Counted from the stretch's first letter, positions 1 to 14,970 are shown. The stretch: DNA of 64,000 nucleotides from Lingula anatina (GCA_051362555.1 CM120641.1:21948001-22012000), one strand, 5' to 3'. Numbers and translations: made by a program. The notes: a model not told the origin generated them from the letters alone.

Positions 1-1276
1 TTGATGATTTTATTTTTGTTATGATATAAATTGCACTTTGCAAAATGTGCTCTAATCCACTTATGTAGTAATATCATCCAGGAAGTGAGAAATTCTGAAT
101 ATTTCAGTTTCATCCTAAAATAATCTTTTACCAACAATGGTCTGGGGCTGCTGTGAAAAGAAAGGCATCAGTGAGCCATTACGTCTTGCCATATGACACT
201 TGGAACAATTTGAATTGTTGATAAGGTGTATGTAGGTATACGCAGCAAACTCCACATGCTGTACGAAGGGCGACCTGGCTTTTTACAAGCACTGATAATC
301 TTTCCAGAATAATGAAACTGAAAATGACTTTAAAAAGCTAAAATGAAAACAGAGATGTTGATGCAAAATGCCAAAAAAAAAAAAAAACATTTTTATAATC
401 CAAAAGGGAATTGTTAGTTCTGTTGTTACGTACATACTTATTATGCTTTTTACAATAAAGACCGAGAGAGCTCAAATATAGAAGAACATTGGGGTTTCAG
501 AGTATAAACTGAAACTGATATAGCTAGCATACTTGTTCAGTTCAGTTTGTCCGAAAAGAAATCAATTAGCGTTTTATCTGGCGTTTTCACCAGGCAGAGG
601 GACCTGATGCTTTGCTCTGAGTTATTGACCAGAAACTGTTTAAAGCATTAACACATTTTGCAAGTCCAATTTCATTGATTGTGATAGGCATTGGCATGTT
701 CCCTCCTTGTTGGTGTCTGCCACAGTCTGTAGTTTATCATTTACTGGTGTGAATCAGGAAGGTAATAATTCTAGCTCTTTATGAATGATATGATACTATG
801 CACTTGTTTCCTACCAAAAGGGGATTAATTTTCTTTGTAGTCAGCTTGAAATGAATGTTGCAAGATAGATAAGATGACATGGGGAATGAAGAAGAATGTT
901 CTCTGCATCATTTTGAAGCAATATAGTATCAAAATATATCTTGCTTTAAAAGAAATATAAAAAGAGATGTTTTGGTTCTGTTGCAAGTATTTGGTATGTT
1001 AAAAGTGATGTAGCCTAGAGAGTAACAAGGCAGCTCTGGCTATGAGCTTTGTGCCTGTTTTTGCAACAATAGTATCTTTCATTTTAGTATCTTTTTGTTA
1101 TTTGCTAAACTCTAAAAAATCAATTCTTCAGGCACATATAATAGTATCTTTGGAAACAAAATTGTTGTTTTTTTTTTTGCATTTCTGCTACCTGTTTCAG
1201 AATGTAGCAATTTTTGGAAATGAAAATTGCTCATGGTCTGCAGCTGTCATCTGATGTGATGTACAATATTGCCTGA

Positions 1277-1444
1277 CAGGGGCGGATTTAGGCCGTCTTC
1301 TGGGTCTTCCGGAAGACGGTCAGATTTTCAAGTTTACATTGACGGGTATCTAATTTTTTCTGTTGGAAGACGGTCAAAATTGGAGGATGAATCAACAAAG
1401 ATATTTTGGAAGACTGTCAGTGAATAGCTCTGCATCCGCCTCTG
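1277..1444. mobile_element. MITE with CAG termini and 5-bp TSD
   Basis: TIR CAGGGGCGGAT ... ATCCGCCTCTG (10/11 match); CCTGA on both flanks (1272-1276, 1445-1449); three internal GGAAGAC(G/T)GTCA repeats. Confidence 0.75.
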
Positions 1445-1494
1445 CCTGATGTGGTATAAGCTGTTTCTTGCTGTGATCTAAAGATGTTTTCAAA

Positions 1495-2940
1495 AGTATT
1501 GCCCAGTTTGTTACCTGTTGTGACAGTCAGCACCCCTCAGTGTGGTGTAGTTTTTGCCTAGTGTGGCCCATAGTATTTGCCTGTTGTGGTAAACATTTCT
1601 TGCTTGGTGTGGTCCATAGTTGTTGCCTGTTGTGGTCCATGGTTGTTACCTGGTATAATTGCAATTTGTCCCCTGCAAAGTTGCTGTCTATTGTGCTCAA
1701 CTTTTGTTGATTAAAGCAGTGCCCATAGTAGGTCTTAGTGTGGTCCATATCTATTCCCATATGAGGTCCACAGATGTTTTGATGTTGAGGTCCATGGTTG
1801 TTGCTTGAAATGGCCCACAAAAGTTTTGTCTGACATGGTTCACACATTGTTAAAAGCAATGCCCATGTTTTACAAGGTGTGGTCCATGGTAAATGGTTGG
1901 TGCAAAATATGGTTGCTGCCTTGTGTGTGCTGTAAATGTTAATTAGTGTTGTCCGTGATTATTGCCTGGTGTGGTCCACAATTGTTGCCAGGTGTGGTTC
2001 ATATTTGTTGCCTGGTGTGTTCCACAATTGTTACCTAATATGGCCCATTATTGTTAATGGATATATGATGATCAGTGATTGTTACCTGGTTTGGTCCACA
2101 GTTGTTACCTAGTGTGGTCCACAGTTGTCACCTGATATGGTCCAGGATTGTTACCTGATGTGGTCAACGATTGTTAGTTGATGTGATCAATGTTTGTTGC
2201 CTGTTGTGTTCCACAATTGCTACCTGAGGCTGTCCACAATTGTTACCTGATGTGGTCAATAATTGGTACACAATTTTTGCCAGGTATAGTCCACAATTAA
2301 AAGCAATGCCAATGTGTAACATCTTGTAGTCCTTTGTAATCGGTTGATGCAGCATATGGTTGTTATCTAGTGTGGGCTGTGAACGTTAATCAGTGTTGTT
2401 CATGATTATTACCTAATGTGGTCCATGATTGTAACCTGATATGTTCAACAATTGTTACCTGATGTGAATCATGCTTAATTGTTGCCTAGTGTGGTCTGCA
2501 GGTGCTCACTTATGTGGTCCACAATTGTTTTCAGATATGATCCACGGTTTTTGCCAGGTGTATTCCACAATTGTTATGTAATGCAGTCCATGATTGTAAC
2601 CTGATGTGGTCCACAATTGGTACCTGATATGGTACAACATTATTACCCAATGTGGTCTACAATAGTTGCAAGGTTTAGTCCACAGTTGTTCCCTGATGTG
2701 GTGCGGTGTTTTTAGCTGATATGGTCCACAATTGTTACCTTTTTTGGTCGATGAATGTTAACTGATGTGGTGATCCATGATTGTTGCGTAGTGTAGTCCA
2801 CAACTGTTACCTGATGTGATCACTGATTGTTGCTAGGTGTGCATGTAGTACACAATTGGTACCTAATTTGATCCACCATTGTTGCCTGATATGGTCCACA
2901 ATTGTTACGTCCTAATGTGGTCCACAAAAGTTGCCTGGTA
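1495..2940. repeat. Degenerate minisatellite, ~22-23 bp unit (GTGGTCCACAATTGTTACCTGAT)
   Basis: Dozens of diverged copies of gtggtccac/ttgttrcct across ~1.4 kb. Confidence 0.9.
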
Positions 2941-3534
2941 TGATATATATATAACTAGTTAGTGACAAATACAGATGTGTTCATTTTTGTTTTTGTCAAA
3001 TTTTTTTAGAATATTAGTAGCATTTGAAATATGTGTCAACTCTATGGTGTTTACTAAATGTCATGAAGTATTAGAATTTGATTTTATCCTTAAGTAATGC
3101 CTCATCTGAGTCTGAGAATCAATGTCAACTACAAATGAAATCTCAAGATACCGTATTCTTGTTAGTATAACTCTAATGATTACCTCCACCTAGTGTTTCA
3201 AGGTATAGGATGACTTGGGTCTGTCTATAGGATAATTCTTAACATTATTATTTATGTATTATGATTGGATTGGCTAAGCACAATACTAAATTGATTTGTT
3301 TTTGGTAGACATACTGATCCAATATAGATCTAGGAATTTTTGAAGGATTAATCACCATGGCAAGGTTGGAGTATGTATATGCACCATTTACAAACATAAA
3401 TCATTAAACATAAGGCTAGACAGAAATGATAAGTTGTGGGCTTGACCCTAATTTTGATAAAATCATAATTTTTTGGACCTGTTTTCTATTCAAATGGAAA
3501 AATGAATTGGGTATGTGTTTGTTTGGGGCTGTAG

Positions 3535-3656
3535 CAATAGTCCAAAGGTTCATTGGTCTGAATCTTCACTATAGAACCTTCGGACCATTGAACCCTTGAT
3601 TAAAAAACCAATAAAAATGTTACCATTTTTCGAACCAATGAATCTTCAGACTATTG
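3535..3656. mobile_element. Short foldback / MITE remnant
   Basis: caatagtccaaaggttcattggtctga pairs with tcgaaccaatgaatcttcagactattg; a third internal copy of the subrepeat is present. Confidence 0.55.
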
Positions 3657-6600
3657 TTTAAGGGGAGAAATTCACTGTTGGCCTAATGAAAAACCTTCAT
3701 GCTGTTGTTTTTACACTCAAAAATCACCCACACTATGGTTTTGGCACAATCTCCTTCTTATGACAAAGACCTACCCTGAAATTTAGCTGCTATGCTCCTG
3801 AAACATTGCATGTTTAAAAAACAAAATAAGACTTCATCCATGTTTACAGAAAGTTGTCCTTCATGAAGTAGCTTTTCAATTTTATTTGGCCTTATAATCA
3901 TTTCATACATTTCTGTTTGTTCCATTTCTGTTCATGATAGGCATGGAAGCAGTGACCTGAAATGTTATAAACATGCATTGCAGTTTAAGATGTTTTGAAA
4001 GTATGTTAGAGTGTTTTTGTGGATAATTGTTTTTTCTTAATGACCATTTCTCTTTGCTGAAGTTTGCAGAACCGAAATACAAATGTAGTCATAAATGGTA
4101 TGGAATAGAATATCTTAGTAAACATAAGAGCGAGAAATTTTAGTAATGAATGTTATTTTGGAAAAAATTCAAAGTTTTGCAAAGAGATAAAAGAGGGAAA
4201 TAACAGCAGTACAAGTTTTTACAAGATGGTTTTGCATTGTGATAGAGAAGTCAGTTAGCCCACCATTGCTGCACACCCTTTTTCTCTCTTTGTCAAAAGC
4301 ATCACATTTCAGCACATTCATTCACAGCTGACGCAAGACATAGGTCACCACAGTGTTTATTTAATATCACCAGACATTGATTGTTGTCAGGTTTATTGGG
4401 TTAATATGTCATGTCATGCCAGTGTCCTTATTTCACATTTTCTGGATTAGTGTATTATTTGCCATACTAAGTGCTATGAGTAAATCGTTCTTATCAAACT
4501 TAAAGATTCGAATTCTGTAAATTGGGATATAAGTAACATATGAAATATATCCTAGAATAACTGAGCAAATGGTTAACAAGGAGTATGAATGTAGCTTTGC
4601 AAGCAGGATATGAAATACAATTAACAGAGAATATAGCTTTGTAAAAGAATTCTGATAACAGGGCTTATAGCTTTGTTAAAGTAACGTTGGGTTACAGCTA
4701 ATAAGTAATATTACCTTGCATGTCTGTCTTGGGATGTAGTTCAAGCAAACAAATCAGACAAATACTCCATGGTATTTTACTGAACCCAAATTATCTGGAG
4801 GGCTCTAGGCTGTGTGTAATTCAATACCTGGACAATCCCTTTAGATTCCAGGAAATGCACATGCTTTTGGTTCTTTGTAGTGGTTGTATGGAAGGAGTGG
4901 AGAAGAATGTAAATTACAATAACTGTAGTCAGATCATTAAATTTCAGTATGATTATGTAGCTTGGTGTGCCGACATTGCCTGACTTGTATGCTGAAATAT
5001 TCTCTTAATAATGGCTGTTACTTGCAGGGTCGGGAAGCAGGGGACCTTATTTTCACATAAACTAGTTAAGATCAAATTATTTACGTATAGTTTTGCCTGT
5101 TTTTTAGACATTAATGAATTGTATCCATAATGAGATAATCTTATTGCATGCAGATAAAATTATTTGAACAAGGGGAATCTGTTGTCATTTGAGCTGGAAA
5201 AGATCAAATCATTTAGTGTAGAGGTTTGCCTGAATTTTAGATGTCACTGAATTGCATCTGTTACAAGATAATCTTATCACTTGCAGATAAAATCCTCTGA
5301 TCCAGGTTTAGTGAAGGTTCTAAGAAATATACTGATTTCTTGGCATTTAGTACTAAAGAAATAGGTTTTTCTTCATTCTTATTTTTCAAAGTAGCACTTT
5401 AAAAATTATGTTTTAAAAGTTTAGTGGTACTTCTTAAACTTTAAACTAGATGATTGGTGATTTTTTTTTTATCTTTTTGGATGGAGAGAAATAATTGTGG
5501 GTGAGCTCTGATTGCAAAATGGCCACAAGTGATAATGAAAAGAATGGGGAAAGAGTCACCATTGACAACAGAACAGCATATTATATAGCTACTTAAAGAC
5601 TGTTACTGTACAGAATTCCAAACTCTGTAAAAGCCTGTGTTCAAGACCATTAGCTTCTTCACTTCGCCTAAGCCAATTAAGCTATTGTGTGTATTTTTGC
5701 ACATTATTCCTACACATGTGCAATTTTGGGTTGAATATAAACTAGGATATTCAAAACAAAGTAGAATATGTTTTAAGAAGTCAACACAGACTACCTATAG
5801 AGAAAAAAGACCTAAGACAATAGAAATCCCATATACTGTTTCTTGAAGTCAACATTTGCAACTAAAGTCCTTGACGGGGATATGTAAAATCTTAATTGCT
5901 AACCAATTTATTCTGAAAAATGATAGTGCCATTCTTCTATGCTTCCTGTTACACCCAAGCATAGTTCTTTTCTGGCTTCGTGGTGGTTTTGTCTCCAGTT
6001 GGTAAGTCATGCAACATATGGCTATCTTGGCATTGGTCTACCATCTTAAATAAAGTCATTTTATTTCATCACAAAATAGGTTTTTTCTCAGATGAAGGGT
6101 CTATGAAAAAGGTCTCTGATAGTTTGTCTGCCTGCTACCTATAATTCTATTATCTCCATCTGTTTTTGGTAGTTTTGATGCCAGAAAATTACCATATCTC
6201 CCCCATAACCCTGATATGGTGTTTCTGTGGGAAAATTTATTTGTTCCTAGTGGGGATATTCTTGAATTCTTAATTTTTCTTAGAAATCTTTTATCCATTT
6301 TGAAGAAGATTAGAAGAAATTCCTGTTACTTTGCTCATCTTGCACTATGGGATTAATCCCATTTTCAAAATGTGATTTCAGCACCATTGAATACTTCTTA
6401 CTGTGTATTGGCAAAAAGCTCTTATTGAATTTCATTTGTAAGTACTGTTTTTTCTTAATATTCACTTGGATTTAATGTTCTTTATGATATTTACTATATT
6501 TCATGTTATTGATAAGCTTGGAGTGAGGCAACTAATTTCATTCAAGGTTGTAGCTGTAATGTCCGATGTGCATGCTAACATGAGAATGTCCAATAAAACA

Positions 6601-9600
6601 GTAGCTTTATATTTGTTAATATTCTTATCAAATATTGGTATTGGAATTTGGACATGATGAGAATTTTTTTCTTAGTAACGTATTCATATATTATGTAAAC
6701 CATATATATATGTAGCAGTGGACAATAAAATCTGAGTGATCATTTGAAATATCAGATCAAGCATTAGGTATTTTTCCTTATTTAGTCCTATACTTGTATT
6801 TCCTGATTGAGGAGAAAAATTAATGAGAAGACTTCCATTTGGAGCAGTATTATGGTGGACATATGTTGTTTTCTATGAATTTATTAAAATAAAAAATATA
6901 AAACAGGGAATTAATGCAAGAATACAGAATTATCCAAGTGTTATCCGAGCATTTGTTACTAATTAACCATAATTATCTTTTAAACCTTTCATGAAATACA
7001 GCCATATGATGGAATCAACCTGGCTCGCGCAGTGCCCCCTAGTGTAAATGTGGCCAAGACACCAAAGTATATTTATCAACATGTCAACTTCCCAACAGCT
7101 AGAACACCTAATTGCTGTGTTATCATTGTTGTTATTAATGCTTATCTTATCAATATTTAATATACGTGGCAATGTGCAGCAAGGGAAATACTATGTTCTG
7201 TACCACTCTGTGTACACCAATGTTATATTAACACTTATGCAATGTTCTGTCAAGTGTCAGAAATCTATAATCTTCTATATTCTGCATACCGCAAGCAAAA
7301 ATATCAAATTAAAACTAAGGGGATGGATAAAAAATTTAATGTATTATATGTTCATTAAATTTGGTTCTTCAAGGAATGACACTTTAAAAGATGTTGCCTT
7401 ATGATTTATTGTAGCAGATGACATTTTGTTCTTGTGGATAATTTATTTTTGTCTTAGAATAGCGTAGAATTAGATTTTATTCTATGAAAGGACAGTCACT
7501 AAAAGGGAAGTGTGCTCTCACCTTTTAGCAGCAACGTCATGTGGTAATTGAAACAAAATTGTGGTTGTTTGAAAGCAAGGGATTCGTGTCCTTGTTACCT
7601 TAGAAACCATTTCTGTCATTTGTGTCTTCCCTGCTGCCATAGCAATGTGATGTTATGAAGAAAGCCTGTATACATTTGTTTAAGGACAATGTATATTCAT
7701 ATATTGTATAAATGCATCTATTCTTGTATTGTTGCTTAGTGTTTTTGATTCTTAGTGTTGTAGTAACTTCTGGTAGCAATGGCTCATATCATACTTTACC
7801 TATTGGAAACTATGTATGTTTTAGAGAATATTTCCTTTAATTTTGTCTTTGTTCAAAAAGGTACTCTTGTTTTAATTCTGATGTCAGTTATCTTTCAGCC
7901 TAGAACATCTAGAATTTAGTAATAAAAACTTCCTTCCAAGCCTAGAAGATAGCATATCTTACAAATAAAGGTCCAACTGCAATTTGTTGACATTCAGATT
8001 TTTGGTAAATGGAATGTTTAAGAACATTATTCTTTACACTGTACACAGACATTATAAGGTACTTTACTCCAGAGTAGATAATGGAAAGATGTAGTGATAC
8101 AGAGCTGTGTTCACATGGCCACATGTATATTCGCACTATGTACTGTTACGAGTGTCACCAGCTGTCAGCCGCTAGAACAGCTCTTCATCCAAACAGTGTA
8201 TCTTGACAAATGCATTTGATTATTTGCTGTTGAATGTGATAGTATAGTAAGCCATTTTATCTGTGATTATGTCTATAGAAAACAAACTTCTTTGTCTTGC
8301 TAATTGCTCTTAAGCATTGACATACAGTTTAGACAACTAAATGTGTCAAATATCCTGAATCAGAAATCAAATTGGTATTCAGGTAAGGTAGTGACATGGA
8401 ACAGCCTGCAAGTCGACTGTTGCTTTCTATTATCAAAGAACCATCAATTTACTTCCCAGCAATATAATTACAGCAGGCTATGTCAAATAAAAGCTTCCTT
8501 TATTGGATGTCATCTGGAATATTGAATCCACAAATTGGTTATTATGCTTTCAACCGAGATTTTCAGAGAAAATATTGGTTGAGTTTGGTATTTGACAGGT
8601 TTCTACTGCTACGTGTGGATTCAACAACCTCGGTTTCTGCCGAGAATAGCAGTCTTTTATCTCAGTGTGCTTTCCTCATTATGCAAACACGCAAAGACAC
8701 CTTAGAAATCTTTGAGGCTGCAAATTACCTTTGACAGTGAAGCAAATTGCATGTAAAAATCTTTCTGTGGTGATTGCTGCTGTAGTTGGTCTAGCCATTT
8801 AATTTCGTGACATTGACTGATTTAGATTTGATGGTAGAGGTGTAGGCAATCTGACCCTTTCTGCTGTATTGACCAACCAGTGAGATAACACCTCGACTGT
8901 GTGAAAAAAAACAGACAGCAGACAACACATAGCATTGGCAACCATTCCAGAATCTGTACGTTGACCGTGGAGTGGCAGACATTGTTGCAGAGAGAGAGAA
9001 AGGGTAAGATGATGGAGAACAAAATCCTGTCTTGTTTTGGTAGAATATGTGATTAGACTACATTGTAGATTATTATAAAGAAATTCAGGATAATGTTCAG
9101 TAGGTAATTCTGCTTTGTTGGACAACTTTATTGCCTTTTTTTATTAAAGACAATGGTTTGGCAGGATCTGTGAAAGCCCAGTCAATGGAATTGTTAATGA
9201 CCCTATTCATAGACCATAATGGCATTGTATTCCAGAATGTTCAAGTGTTTGTCAGGTTTAACTTCAGCTAACATGTCTGTTCAAATTTGCATGGATCCTT
9301 CAGTTCAGTGTTCCATCTGACATCCAATTCCTGCCAGGATTTCTGCCAGATTACCTTGATACAATAATGAACTTTTTCCCTTTCATCTCTGGGGAAGTGA
9401 ACCACTAGCAAGGCATTAGCAGGAACAGACGAAAGCTCATACACACTGGATGCATTCAAGCATTTTTGTGCATTTTTATCTAAAAATGATAAATGTTTAG
9501 TCCTCAGGGGTACATCTCATGTATAAGATTGACACTTTCCCATCTGTTAAAACTAACTGATATAAGATGGCACATTCCAGACTTTAAAAATCAGTTTGTA

Positions 9601-11042
9601 GCAAAGCAGCAACATTCAACTATTGTTTTCCTCTAGGTAAAGCCAATGATGCAGTTAGAGTGCCTATCGGGAATTTGTAAAAGCCAAAGAGCTTGACTGC
9701 TAAATTGTTTGAAGCAGTCTAGGGAAAAATAGTCTTATTGATGGTTATACATTTTTCTGGATGAGTAATGGAAGTTGGAGAAGGAAAGTTTGGTTCTGAT
9801 CTTTCTTGGCATGAAAAATATCTTGATTACAAACATGCTGCTTGCAGTTTTCTCTCTCTTCCCCCTCTCTCTCTTAAATAGCATATATTTGAACCATGGA
9901 GGCACTGCAATGGCACACCACACACCAAGCTTTTCCTTGCTTTCAGTTGTCTCTTATTACATTTAATTTTGGTAAACTGTATTGAAGAAAAGTTCTCAAA
10001 AAAACTGCTATTTTTAGCATGAAATAAGTCTTGACCTTATGTTAATATTTTTCTCAGCAGAATACTGGCATTACCAAATTTGGTATCATAAATGTTTGTT
10101 TCAAATTTGCTCCTATATCATATAATGTATATTTTCAAGAATATTATTTCTTCCTATTCCAATTAATATTTGCAAAGAAATGTCCATATTTCAGTGAATT
10201 AACATTAAAAGCACATTAACACATCTTATGATCATGTGTTACCTATTTTTGCTTCAACTGCCAAATGTAATATTTGAAGAAATGAATCCATAAATTCAGA
10301 ACTCACAGACTTATTTTGTTCCCTTTCTTTCCAATGTACAAATCACAGTGCTGGAGGCTTATTGAATTTTAGAGATTCATCCTAATCATAAGGGATAGCT
10401 CATTGTTGCTACGTCTAACAAAACCCATTTCACCTAATTTGTTGGGAATTGCTAAACTGTGGAGTATATGGCATATTGATTGATGGTAATGGCCCATTAG
10501 TTAATTACGGAGGCAATATTATCAAGATAAAGACACTAGAGGTAAGCAGAAATGAATTGTTGGAGAAATGTTTAGTTTATTATGTCAGCAAAACAATGTA
10601 GGAATAAAAAGCAGATGATGAACTAAACAAGAATAGAGGGCCATGTACCATGTCTTGTAAATGATTATGTTCACTTGTTTTGATTCATACAATTTGTTTG
10701 TAAATCATATGATTCTTAGGGTGCTTATTCATATTATTAGATAAACTGGTATTAAGACAGCTCAGCTCTCTGTATTTCCATTGTCATTTTTCTTTTTATG
10801 AATCTTAAGTTGATTTTCAAGTTCAAAGATTTTTAAACATGTGTCTAGTCGGTTTCCTAGGGCTAATGTCAATCAGTGATGTGCAGAAGTCCAACGCTAC
10901 AACAAATTTCCAGTAAACTCATGGCCAGTGGTTGAAACATTGGCAGTTGACCCTTTGATAAATATAATATCTTTCCCATTGTTTTGTTTTTATCCTTTTT
11001 TTTATCAAATTAACATTTGTTTATAGCTAAATGCATTTGATT

Positions 11043-11208
11043 TAAGGATTTTTCCAACGAACCGTCCAGTCATCACCGGATGGCCTATATTTTCAAGGAA
11101 GGCTGGATGCCTTAAAGATTTTATGATGGCTTTAGGCATACTTTGACTCCCTGAAATTTTGAAGGAAATTTTGGATGGCCTGTACCCACAATCCTGGGAA
11201 AAGCCTTG
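11043..11208. mobile_element. hAT-type MITE (8-bp TSD)
   Basis: Imperfect TIR TAAGGATTTTTCCA ... TGGGAAAAGCCTTG; ATTTGATT duplicated at 11035-11042 and 11209-11216; internal GGATGGCCT repeats. Confidence 0.7.
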
Positions 11209-14200
11209 ATTTGATTTGATATTTCAGTGATTTAACCAGTTAAAGATCAAATTAAAGCAAGGATTATTGATGCAGGGGGTAAAATATACTAATTATTGCC
11301 TCATTTTTTCCAGTACAATATTTAACATTTGTATGTTAAAGATCCTGATATAAGAAGTACAAAATATTACTCAGAGTCTACTTTGCCATTAATTCAGAAC
11401 ATTAATTCGCACAGAGAAATTATACACTAGATAAGAAAGATGCCCTATGGGTCACATGAAATATTGCTTTAATAGATTTTTCTGCATATTATATTCACCT
11501 CTTAATGCATGCTTATTGGAATTGTCATGTTTTTTCATAGTCACCCTGGAGTTCAAGTTCTGTATGGCCTCATGGCCTTTGTCCTACTCTAAACGTTACC
11601 TCGATCTCACATGTCATCTAGTAATAAAATGGTGGATGACAGTATATACTATATAAAATCATAGAAGAACTAACATTTCATGAGCTCACTTCAGGTAGTG
11701 CCTCTTAATATACATAAATGTATCATTAAATATGATTGCCTTGTCTACTGCAAGAGAAGAACCTTTAATTTTCAAACTTAGTTTATTCAATTAAAATAAC
11801 TACCAGTTTTGGGATACATAGATGTTCCGGGTGATGCCATCTTGGTGTCTTGCCAAGTAAATGCCCATCAGGGTGTTGTGGTACAAGTGAGAACCCAGAC
11901 TAGAATCTATTTGCTAGATATTGATTGACTGACAAGAAGGATTAGATCAATACCAAAGCAAATGATCTTCCTGTTAATTGTCAAATTGCAGTTAGCAGGC
12001 CATATGTTTCTTAAGCAGAGTGAATCCAAAAAGGATTAAGTCGATATAATGTAGCAGAAACCATAACATTTGAATATTTTGTTTAACTTTATTTTGTCTA
12101 TTTTTTATAATGGTGTTTTTGTTTTGTTTTTTGTTTTTTCTTTATTTGTGTGAAACTGATAATTTAAAATGATAAGTTTGTTTTGTGGATATTTGAAGTC
12201 TATGCTAGATGGTTTCATAGTTTTAGACTGAAGGAAAGATTTTTTATAAGGCTTCACAGAATATATCACATGCCAATGGTTTTGATCCAGTTCTTGTAAA
12301 TATAGTGGAACATTTTTGGCATGTATATAATTTTCAGTTTTTGCCTACTGTAGGTGAAAAATGCTAAAAAATGCTACTACATATGATAGGATGCTTTGAT
12401 GACATGGTATATGTAAACATGATCCCCATTTTTTCTTTTAATTCCTAAACTTTAGCAGTTTGATTTCATATTCTTGATGCTCTCATGGGTGAAGAAAACA
12501 GGTTGTTTTGCGTTACTATCGTTTCCATTTTCAACTTTGGTGCAAAGTATTTTCTCCCATACACGTAATTTATACAAATCATTCAATTATCAGGATTTAA
12601 ATACCTAAAATGCACTCTGCTTTTCATGAAACAACAATGTGTAAGGAAATCCTGTCATCTGAGCGTGTAATCACAGATGTTATGACCCAATCCTGTTTCG
12701 TTTCCTCCAGACTCGCACGACAATGAAACCAAAACTAGCGTGGAGTTTCGTTTCCCTGTTCAGATTTGGACTTGCAGGGACTTAGCGTAAATAGTGGAGA
12801 TTTCCACTGATGACATTATGACCCGGTCACATGAATATTAGATGAGACTTATTAAATTAGCTATATCTGGTCCCCACTTTTTGGCATGTAACTCACAAAA
12901 AAGCGACTTCATGTAATCGCTGTTTAACCTCCGATTCAGGATCGCAGCGTGCTTTCCCAACTCTTTGAAGTTAAGTGTACTAATCCCTAATAATTTTTGT
13001 GTGCCTTTGATGGTACATTTTCCCAAATTTATAAATATAAAGCAAAATACAATGTATATTCTAAACAGAAAGTGTGCTCACAAGATCGGCACCAAGTTCA
13101 GATTTTGATGCCCATGTCCCAATGTTGTTATCCAATATGGTGGACGTGCAGATATGTAATACTCTTCCTCAGTTACTGTCATATTTATTCTTTTATGTTG
13201 TATTTAACCAGATATTTATGTCTCCCCAATCTATACCGACTCAACACTTGAACATGACAACAGTATCAATAAAAGACAAACAGAAGAATGATTGAAATTT
13301 GGTCATTGATGGCCACATTTATTGTAATGCCCCTCTGATAAAAGAAATGATGTAAATTAGTAGTTATTAACTACTAATTGTTAACATTGAATAATGTTGA
13401 GTAATATCCTTTACATAATGCTTAGGTCTGAAAAATTACATTAATATATAATTCCAAACAAATAGTTCACGTGTCAATTTTTAGGGTTGCAAAGAGGCAG
13501 TGGTCTGTTTGGAACAGGTTGGTATAAAGTCTTCGGGAAATCACCAGTCACGTTTGGGCATGAATAGCTTACATGATAGCTTTTATATCTTCTTACATCC
13601 ATCAGGGACCCCTTCAGGTAACCAAAAGTTTGTGTAGCTACCACATAACATCAGCGCTTTGAAAGGCTTTGCATGTTGGAAGAAAAATATCAAGAACCAG
13701 AGATCGTTTTTCTGGGAATTAATGAGAGTGTAACTGTGATTGTCTGGCAGTGTTCACAGCATCAGATCAATACTCTCTTAGACTATCACTGAACTACTTC
13801 ACTGATATTGCACAAATAGCTGACAAACGGTGCCAGATCTATAGCTGTGTGCTTAAGAAGGATTTATAAACGGTATGTACTGTGAAGGTAAGCATGGCAT
13901 CCTCACTGTATAATTCCCCATCATTTATATGCTGAAAAGAAGGATACATGTATTAAATGTAGTTTGCTTTTTCATGAACGTCAGGTGTTGATGTCATCCA
14001 AGGCTGGTTCTGTACCCAGGTGTAATGACAGCCTTTTCTTATCTTATCATTCCTGTACCATGCCTGTCATTCAATCATTTTCCTTGGTACTGGAGTCAAA
14101 GGTATATACTAGTGTATGTTATTACTCACCATCTTAGGTACCTTTACCATTGGGTAATGAACTGAATCAGAACGTATGGATTTATGTTGTGCTGACATCA

Positions 14201-14936
14201 ATTATGGCAGATCCCATATTTTCAGTCACTTTCTGGATAAATATTGGGATACGAGAACCAAGATAACTGGCATTGGTGATTCACTGACAAATATACAGAA
14301 TACACAGTATTATTTCTCATTAAGATGACTAAATCTCTAAACTGGGCTTTAAGGATTAACTTCTCCATGCTTTGTGGAAGTTCATTTTATCAGATTTTTT
14401 AGTATAATTGACTATTGTTATCAAAGAAGGATTTACTTGGAAATCATGATGTGTACAATATGTTCCGTTAACATTTAAAAAAAGATATATAGTGACTTCC
14501 TGAAATATTCTGTGTCATATGATGGTTCCTGTGGATGAAGGTTATCACCTTTGGTATAGTGTTCATCCTCTCTGACCCTATAATTGATGGCTGGCAGACA
14601 TTGATCACAGAGCACTCAAATGCCAACCTGGGTGGCAAACATATGTTGAAACTAAATAAGAGCGCCATACAAACAGAGCTGACATATAGATACATGTATA
14701 CTACATTGGGTGTTGGGGACACAATTTTTGATTTTTTTGAATGCATCAGAATTTGCTCTTTTTTTTCAGGTCTGATCTTCTAAAAGATAGTGGTGCCTTT
14801 TCCCATACATTTTCATGGCATTTATTTCAGTTCTAATCTTTGAAAAGATAATGCCGCCTGTTCCCATACGTTTTCATGGCACACAACTATTTTTCAAAAT
14901 GTCTCGGATTCAGACACAAACAATGCAGGGCCAAAA

Positions 14937-14940
<4 letters not shown>

Positions 14941-14968
<28 letters not shown>
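14941..14968. repeat. (TA)n microsatellite
   Basis: Perfect TA run. Confidence 0.95.

Positions 14969-14970
<2 letters not shown>

Noticed and set aside
1527-2355. ORFs 1527-1859 and 2164-2355 (minus strand)
   Set aside because: Products of translating the minisatellite; no recognisable protein motif.
12380-13030. CpG-richer stretch ending in GGTACATTTTCCC, like a Kolobok-type non-autonomous element
   Set aside because: No matching left TIR or TTAA duplication was found; probably a repeat fragment, but it cannot be delimited.
14780-14881. ~60-bp local tandem duplication (also short duplications at ~5133/5266, ~24573 and ~26498)
   Set aside because: Ordinary slippage-type duplications with no sign of function.
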